NCBI GenBank assembly: GCA_964635905.1
Contig: CAZWPK010000003.1
Span: 66,459-130,458, forward strand
Direction: 5' to 3'
DNA length: 64,000 nt
Origin: an uncultured Pseudomonadales bacterium
Lineage (GTDB): Bacteria; Patescibacteriota; Microgenomatia; UBA1400; UBA12028
This document shows positions 27,861-36,065 of this stretch, in pieces. Every line of letters begins with the position of its first letter. Within the stretch, counting starts at the first letter, position 1. The notes under the pieces were generated by a model that did not search any database, was not told the origin of the DNA, and saw nothing but the letters and a program-made list of their open reading frames with translations. The translations under genes were made by a program, and so were the position numbers.

Positions 27861-28184
27861 TTACAAGATGTCTACGCGAAGCACTAATTCGACAAGTTGG
27901 GCGATGAAGTACGAACAGAAAAGCAGCATAAACCCGATGATTGCGTTCATGATGCGATTTTTACCTGCTTCCTGACTTTTAGGATCAGAGGCGCCTGTTA
28001 ACATTTCCATTCCACCCCAAATGATCATGATAAAGAGAATTAGGCCAGCAAAGGTGAAAATATACGGGAGTAATTCAGAGATAATTCCACGAGGGGTTTG
28101 AAACTGTGCGACTTTGGCTGGATCAACACCGTCGAATATTTGATCATTAAGGTCTTGGATGAATTGCGCGTTGGGTTCTACCAT
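27861..28184 (-). CDS. VirB2-type pilin
   Basis: MLTGASDPKSQEAGKNRIMNAIIGF; close paralogue of the pilin domain of the next gene. Confidence 0.8.
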   Translation of the reverse strand: MVEPNAQFIQDLNDQIFDGVDPAKVAQFQTPRGIISELLPYIFTFAGLILFIMIIWGGMEMLTGASDPKSQEAGKNRIMNAIIGFMLLFCSYFIAQLVELVLRVDIL

Positions 28185-28191
28185 AGAAATT

Positions 28192-29538
28192 CTATGTGCC
28201 AAATCCTGGGATTTGAAGGAGTTTAACTCCAATAAACTGAAGAATGATCACAGAAAAGATGATGAATAAAATTCCCATAATTGCAGATGTCACCATCTCT
28301 TGACCTTCTTGCACTCGTTTTGGATCACCAGATGAAGTTGTCAGTAAGAATGCTCCATAGAGGATAACTAGGAGAACGATTCCACCAGCAAGGCCTAAGA
28401 TGATTCGTAAGAATGACTGAATCATACCCGTGGGAGATGTTTGAACACAACCAAAAGCTGTCCACAAACTACTAGGAGCGGCACTATCAGAGACGAGTCC
28501 TTCTTGCCCAGGCTCAGCTCCACCGCCACCTGAACCATAACATCTTAAACACTTATCACGGTCTGTTTGACCTTGAGGACCAGTATTATCTGCTTGTAAG
28601 CAGAGAGCAAAAGCGGGGTTTTCAGTGTCTGCTCCTGGGCCTTCTACCGGATTTCCCGTTTGCGGGTCAATTCTAAATGAAGCGAATTGACATGCGACTT
28701 CTACACCGCCGTTGGAATTTTGTCTTATTAGACGGAAGGAGGCACCATTGTACGACTTGTTAAAGACGTCCGTCACGGTTAAAGATGGAGCACAGTTTGT
28801 GGCTGGTGTACAGTTCGTGGATTGTTCCCGGATTTCCTGTCCATTTGCATTGGTTCCTAAGTACTGAAGGTAATACCACCTACCATCATTAGTATTAAAT
28901 CCATTTGATGGAAAATTTGCAGTAATCGATGTGGTTGTAGCTGATATATTAGCTAATGCTGGAGAGAAAACTACAGCACTGCAGGTAGGTTCCTGCGATT
29001 CGAACTCAGGACTTTCTATGTCTAATAAGCTGAGTATTCTAGAAAGATCTTCTTGGCGACAAATTGTCCAAGACTGAGTTGATAATGTAGCATTTAACGT
29101 TTTTCCTTTAAATTGAGCAACATCTCCAGCTGAGAATTGAACCGAAAAAGTATTTCCAGAACGCAAGAGATTAGCTCCGGAGAAGCTTTTTGAATAACCA
29201 TCCCCTGTAAAGGTTAAGGTTGGAGTCTGACCAGTCATGAATGAATCAAGAGTGGTGGTATTATATGAGGTTTGAACAGATATGGAGATCGTGTCACTTG
29301 GTCCAATTAATGCAATTTGTCCACTCCTGATCCGATCTTGATCAACTTGTGGGAGATGACTGAAGTTACCGTTGGTTGAAAAAAGGATAATTTTACGTCC
29401 ATCTGGGGCTACATAAGATTGAGGAATTGATGTGACAGTACACACTGCAGGCGCCTGAGCGAATGCGTTCTGAACAAAACCTACAAAAAATAGAATGGAT
29501 TGCAGGATGATGGCCAACAACTTAAAAGCAGTCCTCAT
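28192..29538 (-). CDS. Large beta-rich ectodomain fused to a C-terminal VirB2-type pilin domain
   Basis: Signal ending NAFAQ; WTAFGCVQT then LTTSSGDPKRVQEGQEMVTSAIMG; TGGTAAAAT 8 nt upstream of the ATG. Confidence 0.8.
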   Translation of the reverse strand: MRTAFKLLAIILQSILFFVGFVQNAFAQAPAVCTVTSIPQSYVAPDGRKIILFSTNGNFSHLPQVDQDRIRSGQIALIGPSDTISISVQTSYNTTTLDSFMTGQTPTLTFTGDGYSKSFSGANLLRSGNTFSVQFSAGDVAQFKGKTLNATLSTQSWTICRQEDLSRILSLLDIESPEFESQEPTCSAVVFSPALANISATTTSITANFPSNGFNTNDGRWYYLQYLGTNANGQEIREQSTNCTPATNCAPSLTVTDVFNKSYNGASFRLIRQNSNGGVEVACQFASFRIDPQTGNPVEGPGADTENPAFALCLQADNTGPQGQTDRDKCLRCYGSGGGGAEPGQEGLVSDSAAPSSLWTAFGCVQTSPTGMIQSFLRIILGLAGGIVLLVILYGAFLLTTSSGDPKRVQEGQEMVTSAIMGILFIIFSVIILQFIGVKLLQIPGFGT

Positions 29539-29681
29539 ACCTACTAATTTTACCATGAAGCGTGAAAATCTAGAGGGGGAGATCGATTTTAGGTTAGATT
29601 TATAGATAGGTCTCATATCTTGAGGACATTTCCCACTATCTTCGGGTGTGCGAATGATGAGATCTTCGGTAGAATAGAGAG

Positions 29682-31439
29682 ATGTTTCATCGGATCACGC
29701 GAGTCTTAATTGTTATCTTTTTGGCTGGAATTGTATATACCCAGATGCCCATTGGACAGTATTGGGTGGCTGCTGTGGATTCCATTGAAGAACTGCAACG
29801 TCAGATCGATGAGTTAGGGAAGTTAAAAAAAATGTCAGAGGATGCAACTGCTCCCTTAGAGAAGGAAGTGAAGACGTTGGATTCCCGGATAAAGAGTGCT
29901 CAAAATGGAATCGTAACCGCACAAAAGAACTGGGAAGAGGCAGAAAAGCAAATTTCCATTCGTGAAACTAATCTGGGAACAACATATAAGCTCTTCTCTA
30001 GTCGAGTAGCTGAGAGTTATCGTCGTACCCAGGCCTACGATCCCTTTATTTTAATACTTGCTTCCAACGATTTTGTCACCCTATCTAATTCGCTAGCTTA
30101 TCAACAAAAGGCTCGAGAACGCGACCAAGCAGAATTAAAGCGTCTAAGTACGGAAATTAGTTCTCTTGAGGCTGATAAAAAGAAGCATGAAGAAACCAAA
30201 AAAACCTTAGCTGGTCTGCAAAAGAAATTGGATGAAAGTGCAGCGTTCTTTAAAGGAGAGATCGACAAGGCACGCAAGTATCAGCAAGATCTGGCAGGGA
30301 AGATTGCCGCTCTTTCTGCCGAGCAGCAGCGGTTGCTTTCTGAACGATCGGGGACTGCGACAACTAGTGTAGGGAATGCCCCCTCTTCTAAAGAACCCTG
30401 TTCCGGACCACCCGGTTCTCCGACCTATTGTGACCCCGGGTTTTCACCCGGCTTTGCGGTGTTTTCTTTTGGAGCGCCTCATTTTAATGGCCTATCGCAG
30501 TATGGTGCCTACGGACGTGCCAAGACTGGTCAAAACGTGGAGACAATCCTTAAAGCCTATTATGGGGGCGTCGAGATTAAGAAAGATTGGTCCACTGGCG
30601 TGACTATCTCGGTGAGTGGGCATGGAAGTGTGGACATTGAAACCTATACCAAGCGAATCTACGAAATGCCGACATCCTGGGGGGATAACGGGGGATTTGA
30701 AGCACTGAAGGCTCAGGCTGTCGCAGCCCGGTCCTACGCCCTAGCAGTTACCAACAATGGAGAGAAAAGCATTTGTGCCACGGAGGCGTGTCAGGTGTAT
30801 AAGCCATCCAACAAAGGCGGGAAATGGGATGAAGCGGTGGATGCGACTCGAGGATGGGTCTTGATTGCAAATGGAAAGCCCTTTATGGCAAAGTATGCCT
30901 CGACTGCGGGAGGATATATTCAGTCCTACACGTCCAATGGGCATAGCACCCCTGGCTTGTGGGATACCACTAGCGACTGGACACGCTGGGCGGATGGAGC
31001 CTACGAAGGAGCGGGAAAAGGCGATAGTCCTTGGTTCTATAAGGGCTGGTACAAGAGTCGTTCCGGAGATTCCTGTGGGAAAACCCATCCTTGGCTAACG
31101 CAGACAGAATTTGCCGATGTTCTCAATGCCTGGGTTGTTCGATATAAAGGCAATAGTGCCGATGTAGCTCGGATTACTCCAGTTAGCAGTTGTAACGGTG
31201 GGAATCCTTTCTCCATGGATGAGCTCAAAAATAAAGCCAACGAGCTTGGTGGAGCGTTCACAACCGTTTCCTCAATTCGGGTAGAACACGGAAACAACGG
31301 ATTTACGAAAAATGTCATTGTTGACACGAATAAGGGGTCGGTAACGATTCCAGGGGCAGAATTCAAAACCGCATTCAATCTTCGTGCTCCCGGCAGAATC
31401 TCGGTGAAGGGAAATCTGTTTGGCATCGAGCGAAAATAA
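29682..31439 (+). CDS. Coiled-coil plus SpoIID/LytB-domain peptidoglycan lytic transglycosylase
   Basis: Long coiled coil; H..GLSQYGAYGRA, IL.AYY, EMP.SW..EALKAQAVAARSYA, CQVY, AVDATRG. Confidence 0.9.
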   Translation: MFHRITRVLIVIFLAGIVYTQMPIGQYWVAAVDSIEELQRQIDELGKLKKMSEDATAPLEKEVKTLDSRIKSAQNGIVTAQKNWEEAEKQISIRETNLGTTYKLFSSRVAESYRRTQAYDPFILILASNDFVTLSNSLAYQQKARERDQAELKRLSTEISSLEADKKKHEETKKTLAGLQKKLDESAAFFKGEIDKARKYQQDLAGKIAALSAEQQRLLSERSGTATTSVGNAPSSKEPCSGPPGSPTYCDPGFSPGFAVFSFGAPHFNGLSQYGAYGRAKTGQNVETILKAYYGGVEIKKDWSTGVTISVSGHGSVDIETYTKRIYEMPTSWGDNGGFEALKAQAVAARSYALAVTNNGEKSICATEACQVYKPSNKGGKWDEAVDATRGWVLIANGKPFMAKYASTAGGYIQSYTSNGHSTPGLWDTTSDWTRWADGAYEGAGKGDSPWFYKGWYKSRSGDSCGKTHPWLTQTEFADVLNAWVVRYKGNSADVARITPVSSCNGGNPFSMDELKNKANELGGAFTTVSSIRVEHGNNGFTKNVIVDTNKGSVTIPGAEFKTAFNLRAPGRISVKGNLFGIERK

Positions 31440-31488
31440 GCTTGAACTCTTTTGGATTATTTCTGCTTCCAGGTTGTATAATAGAAGC

Positions 31489-32175
31489 ATGGCTGAAGCT
31501 CATGAATCCAAGTCGCATACATCCCCAAAGGCTGCCGGACTTAAACGACGGACTCGTAAGGAAAATATTCTCGAAGCAGAGAAATACAGTTCGATTTTAA
31601 GAGAATCGAATGGCTCCTATAATCCGTTGGCATCATTTTGTCCAAAACCGGCAAATGTTTCCTTTGAGGTACAGCATGAAGACGAGCCCATTTTGTTGTT
31701 ACTTCGACAGCATCCAATCGTCAATCTTCGCTGGATCATCATTGCGACGTTCATGTTACTTGCTCCCTTAAGTTTGAGTTTTTTCCCATTGCTTGATTGG
31801 TTGCCAGAACGGTTTCAGTTTGTCGCTCTCATTGGTTGGTTTAGTTTGACCTTTGGGTTTATCTTAGAAAACTTTCTGATTTGGTTTTTTAACATCTATA
31901 TCATCACCGATGAGCGCGTGATTGACGTCGACTTTTTTAATTTGCTCTTCAAAAAAGTCTCGGAAGCCAAAATTGAGAACATCGAAGATATTACCTCTGC
32001 AACCGGAGGATTTTTGCAATCCGTGATCGATTTTGGAGAAGTTCGAATTCAAACGTCTGCGGAGATTCCTCAAATTGAATTTGATAAAGTTCCGCATCCT
32101 GGGAAAGTAGCCACGTTTTTAAGTGAAATGCTGGTGCAAGAGGAACAGGAAAAGATTGAAGGAAGGGTGCGATAA
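31489..32175 (+). CDS. Membrane protein with a bacterial PH domain
   Basis: LLRQHP, two TMs, YIITDERVID...IEDI...FGEVRIQTS...F..VPHP. Confidence 0.8.
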   Translation: MAEAHESKSHTSPKAAGLKRRTRKENILEAEKYSSILRESNGSYNPLASFCPKPANVSFEVQHEDEPILLLLRQHPIVNLRWIIIATFMLLAPLSLSFFPLLDWLPERFQFVALIGWFSLTFGFILENFLIWFFNIYIITDERVIDVDFFNLLFKKVSEAKIENIEDITSATGGFLQSVIDFGEVRIQTSAEIPQIEFDKVPHPGKVATFLSEMLVQEEQEKIEGRVR

Positions 32176-32182
32176 TACCGTT

Positions 32183-32446
32183 ATGACAGAAGGACAAATT
32201 TTAGGTCTCATGATTGATCCCAATAGCCCTTATCTGTTCTCGGATGCCTTTATCTTTGGCATCTTGCGATGGATGGTCTTGTTAGGATTTGGACTCTACT
32301 TGTTATTTTCGATTGTTATCGTTCGACAAATTCATCTGATGACGACCACCGTGGGAACGGGGTTTGAACTGCCTATAAAAATTCTAGGATATTTACACTT
32401 AGCTTTCGCTGTGACTGTTTGGCTCATTGCCTTTACAACTCTATAA
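32183..32446 (+). CDS. Small two-TM protein (DUF5657-like, CPR-typical)
   Basis: LYLLFSIVIVRQIHLM..TV motif. Confidence 0.65.
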   Translation: MTEGQILGLMIDPNSPYLFSDAFIFGILRWMVLLGFGLYLLFSIVIVRQIHLMTTTVGTGFELPIKILGYLHLAFAVTVWLIAFTTL

Positions 32447-32477
32447 ATTCCAGCCATCTCGTCGTATGATGGTAGAA

Positions 32478-34259
32478 ATGTCTCCGTTCATTTCTACTCT
32501 AACTGGAATTCCATCAAAAGACTGTTGGTCGGCAACCGTTTCCCAGGAAACTAACGTTGGTACGCTCGTGTGTGCGATGACGTTTTTTGGCTCAAACGCG
32601 CAACAACGAGGAAAAGAGTGTCAATCCGCGATAGAAGAATTGGCGGGGCATCTCACCACGCCAGAACAATTTGTCTCTTTTTTCCAGACTCTTCCATTGA
32701 CGGACGGGGAGCTGGTTGCCGGGCTCATTACACTTCAAGAATCACTGTTCTTTACATTTGGGAAAGCGCAAGCGGTTTTAGTGCGGGGCAATGAGAGTCA
32801 TCCGATTATCAATGAAGATGTTATCCAAACGACCCATTCGTCGTTTATGCGGGGAGAAGTGAGTGAGACAGACGACGTGTACCTCGGAACGCAGTCTTTC
32901 TTTGAATCGTTGTTTACTATCGTTTCCACCTCACTCCATCCAGAGAAGATGCTGTCGTCCTACCCCTCTGATTCACAAAACACGGCGGCGAATGCAGGGC
33001 TTTGTGTGGCGCTTGTGCAACTCAAAGAGCCAGAAGTAGAAGAACCCACAGTCCCACTTCCAGCAATTCAAACTCTGCCTCCATCCACCATAAGTCCTCC
33101 GCCGTTGTCGCATCGACCATTGCAGACACGACGCATCAAAGTTGGATTCAAACGCTCCAAACTTGTCGGAGCCTTGGGAGTTGTCATCGCTTTTTGTATT
33201 GTAATCGTTCTTGGAAACTCTCTCATTTTGGGTCGACGCAACGCGCGTGTAGAATCCGTAATCAAGCCCTACTCTTTACGGCTAGAACAGGCAAAAGGGC
33301 AATCCGAGAAGGTTGCCAAGATCCAAGCGCTATCTGCACTACTAACTGATCTTGAACAATCTAGAGTACAGTATGCCTCCGATCGCCTCATTTCTCGCCG
33401 ATTTGATGCGTTATTTCAATCGGCAAAAGCAGAGTATGAGGCAGTTTCCGCACAAAAAGAGATTGCCAAACTTTCAGTGTTCTATGATTTTAGATTAGTT
33501 GCGGCGGATTTTGTCGCATCTTCCTTTGCGTTTGATCGTCCAGGGAAATTAGCCGTTTGTTTAGATCGTACTCAAAACAGGCTTCTCTCACTGTCATTGG
33601 AAAATAAAGCCCCCCAAACCTTATCCATTGCCGACAAATTGACTGAGTCGACTGCGGTTACCGTGCAAAATCGTAAAGCCTATGTGGTGGGTACGCAGGG
33701 TGTAATCGAATTATCACTTCCTTTAGATACAATGGGAAAGCTTGTGGCTTCGGCACCCACTGATTGGCAACCGCGATTGATCTCTGCCTTTGGAGATAAT
33801 GTGTATGCTTTAGATCGAAAACAGCGCAATATTATGCGCTTTGATGTCACCGACCCAACCAGCAGTCCGTCAGCTTGGATCAAAGATAAAGAGGGGATTA
33901 ATTTTGATGAGCTAAGTTCTCTGGTGGTGGATGGGGACGTTTGGGTTGGAACAACCCAAGGAACTGTCTTGCGCTTTTCCAGAGGTGAACAGATTGGGTT
34001 CAAGCTAGAACAGGCAGTGAGCTTGCCAACCTCTACGATTGCACTGTATACAACCGAAACAAGTACCCTACTGTACATTCTTGAACCCCGAGGAAAGCGA
34101 CTGCTTGTCTATCAAAAAGATGGGACCTATGTCGCATCGGTGATCAGTCCTGATTTAGAGACAGCCAGTAGTGTTATCGTCGATGAAGAAACGCAGACAG
34201 CCTACATTTTAGCTGGCAGTCTGATCTATAGTGTCAGCTTGCAAATCCCTTCCTCCTAA
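32478..34259 (+). CDS. Single-pass membrane protein: degenerate PP2C-like cytoplasmic domain plus extracellular beta-propeller
   Basis: TM at about aa 230-250; FGDNVYALD, VDGDVWV, LYILEP...RLLV repeats. Confidence 0.7.
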   Translation: MSPFISTLTGIPSKDCWSATVSQETNVGTLVCAMTFFGSNAQQRGKECQSAIEELAGHLTTPEQFVSFFQTLPLTDGELVAGLITLQESLFFTFGKAQAVLVRGNESHPIINEDVIQTTHSSFMRGEVSETDDVYLGTQSFFESLFTIVSTSLHPEKMLSSYPSDSQNTAANAGLCVALVQLKEPEVEEPTVPLPAIQTLPPSTISPPPLSHRPLQTRRIKVGFKRSKLVGALGVVIAFCIVIVLGNSLILGRRNARVESVIKPYSLRLEQAKGQSEKVAKIQALSALLTDLEQSRVQYASDRLISRRFDALFQSAKAEYEAVSAQKEIAKLSVFYDFRLVAADFVASSFAFDRPGKLAVCLDRTQNRLLSLSLENKAPQTLSIADKLTESTAVTVQNRKAYVVGTQGVIELSLPLDTMGKLVASAPTDWQPRLISAFGDNVYALDRKQRNIMRFDVTDPTSSPSAWIKDKEGINFDELSSLVVDGDVWVGTTQGTVLRFSRGEQIGFKLEQAVSLPTSTIALYTTETSTLLYILEPRGKRLLVYQKDGTYVASVISPDLETASSVIVDEETQTAYILAGSLIYSVSLQIPSS

Positions 34260-34291
34260 AGATAGCGACTCTGCCGTATAATTGGCCCATC

Positions 34292-34738
34292 ATGACTCCG
34301 TTGATTGAAAATAAAAAAGCTCGAAAGGATTACACGATTATCGATACGTTGGAAGCGGGAATCGTTTTGACTGGGCAAGAAGTGAAATCTCTGCGCGCGA
34401 AACGTGGGGTCATCTCTGATAGCTTTGTCAAAATCATGGGAAATGAAGCCTTTTTGATTAATGCCCGCATTGAGCAACATCAAACCACAGCCCACGTGAC
34501 CTATGATCCCACCATGTCCAGGAAATTACTGCTCCATCGACGTCAAATTCGTATGCTTGAAGAAGCTACGCACACCAAGGGATTTAGTGCAATCCCCCTC
34601 ATGCTTGGGGTGAAATCAAATTTCATTAAGGTCCTCATTGGTCTAGGAAAAGGAAAAAAGTTAGTAGATCGAAAAGAGGAACTCAAACAACGCGATTTAC
34701 GGCGCGAAGAAGATTCTCTACTCAAAAAGCTTCGTTAG
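34292..34738 (+). CDS. smpB: SsrA-binding protein
   Basis: NKKARKDY...EAGIVLTGQEVKSLR, RKLLLH, GKGKK..DRKE. Confidence 0.97.
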   Translation: MTPLIENKKARKDYTIIDTLEAGIVLTGQEVKSLRAKRGVISDSFVKIMGNEAFLINARIEQHQTTAHVTYDPTMSRKLLLHRRQIRMLEEATHTKGFSAIPLMLGVKSNFIKVLIGLGKGKKLVDRKEELKQRDLRREEDSLLKKLR

Positions 34739-34740
34739 GG

Positions 34741-35139
34741 TGGAGATGCCCGGATTGAACCGGGGTCCGTATATGAACCTTGCCATCGTCTACACACGTA
34801 GGTCATTCTTGATCAAGCTAGATCGGTGAACTTCCAAGCCGTATTCTAGCGTCTCCAATGCTAAATCTTTTATCGGTAGGATTGGATACGACCGACAAGT
34901 CACACTGACTGGGTTTCCACCCATTCGCTTACATCAGTGAGATAAGACGAATGAATGCTAGCTTAAGCTAATGCGTAAGCTGGTTGTTCGTTGGTGCCAA
35001 ACACGAAGTTTGCCACACGAGCGAACAAGTTGCTAAGTTTTGAGTTAGCAGTTATTGTTTTGGCTCTGTTTTACATCTTCTCTAGCCAAAGATGGTGTGC
35101 AGATGGTAAAGAGCGATACACGTCGAAACGTACATCCCC
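34741..35139 (-). ncRNA. ssrA: tmRNA
   Basis: 5' GGGGAUGUACGUUUCGAC; 3' GGACCCCGGUUCAAUCCGGGCAUCUCCA with G3:U70; AUAACU-GCU resume context; tag ANSKLSNLFARVANFVFGTNEQPAYALA* (35049-34963); TGCTATACT promoter. Confidence 0.95.
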
Positions 35140-35182
35140 AAAGGGACACTTAGTATAGCAGCTTCCCTCTAGTATTTCAAAT

Positions 35183-35887
35183 TTATTCCCCATGGGCGAG
35201 TACTAGCGCAACGACGACTTTCACCCCGGATTTTTTAAGTGTTCGGGCACATTCCTGAAGCGTAGACCCCGTTGTACAGACATCGTCGATGAGAATGACT
35301 TTTGGGGGAATTTTTGACGAATTTGGAACTGAAATATTCATGGAATCTTTGAGATTGAGGAGACGGTGTTCCCGCGATAGCTGAGCTTGCGGTGGTGTGC
35401 TTTTTGTTTTTATTAAGAGGTTTGGAAGTAGATAGATGCCAAGTTTGGTTGATAATTGTTGTGCATACAACTGGCTTGCATTAAATCCTCGTTCCCACCG
35501 CTTTTTCCAGTGCAGTGGAACCGGAACGATGGCAGTTGTTTGTCTTGAAAACGAGTTCCAAATTCCAAGTTTTTCCCCTTGCCAATGCAGGAGATTCCCA
35601 CCCAGACTTGCCATATCATAGATGAGACGATATTTAACTGCTCTAATTAATATGGCGATGACTCCATCATAGTTTGAAACGGCATACAGCCCATCCAGTG
35701 TCGTTTTACTTTTACACCGGCTATGTACTCCAAAATGGTTGAGTTCTTTCATGCAGCCAGGGCAAAGGTACGTAGAATTGAAATGCATCGTTTGAAAACA
35801 GGTTGAACAGAGATAGTCCCCAAAGGCACCACATCCGATACAGTCTTTGGGAAAGATAACGTCCAAGAGAAACGTAAGATGCCCCAT
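35183..35887 (-). CDS. comF: ComF family competence protein (zinc ribbons plus PRTase domain)
   Basis: FPKDCIGCG..LCSTC, IVPVPLH...RGFN, ILIDDVCTTGSTL. Confidence 0.92.
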   Translation of the reverse strand: MGHLTFLLDVIFPKDCIGCGAFGDYLCSTCFQTMHFNSTYLCPGCMKELNHFGVHSRCKSKTTLDGLYAVSNYDGVIAILIRAVKYRLIYDMASLGGNLLHWQGEKLGIWNSFSRQTTAIVPVPLHWKKRWERGFNASQLYAQQLSTKLGIYLLPNLLIKTKSTPPQAQLSREHRLLNLKDSMNISVPNSSKIPPKVILIDDVCTTGSTLQECARTLKKSGVKVVVALVLAHGE

Positions 35888-35978
35888 ATTCTTAGCATAC
35901 ATCGTTCTCAAGATGTCTGATATACTAGAGGTACGGATTGAAGATTGTGGCAAAAAATACGGCCACTTTTATCAATGG

Positions 35979-36065
35979 GGAGAGGTCGCATAGTGGCCTA
36001 GTGCGGAAGTCTTGAAAACTTCTGTGGGTTTACGCTCACCGTGGGTTCGAATCCCACCCTCTCCG
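35979..36065 (+). tRNA. tRNA-Ser(TGA)
   Basis: GGAGAGG/CCTCTCC acceptor stem, GAAGT-CTTGAAA-ACTTC anticodon arm, long variable arm, G73, no encoded CCA. Confidence 0.95.
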
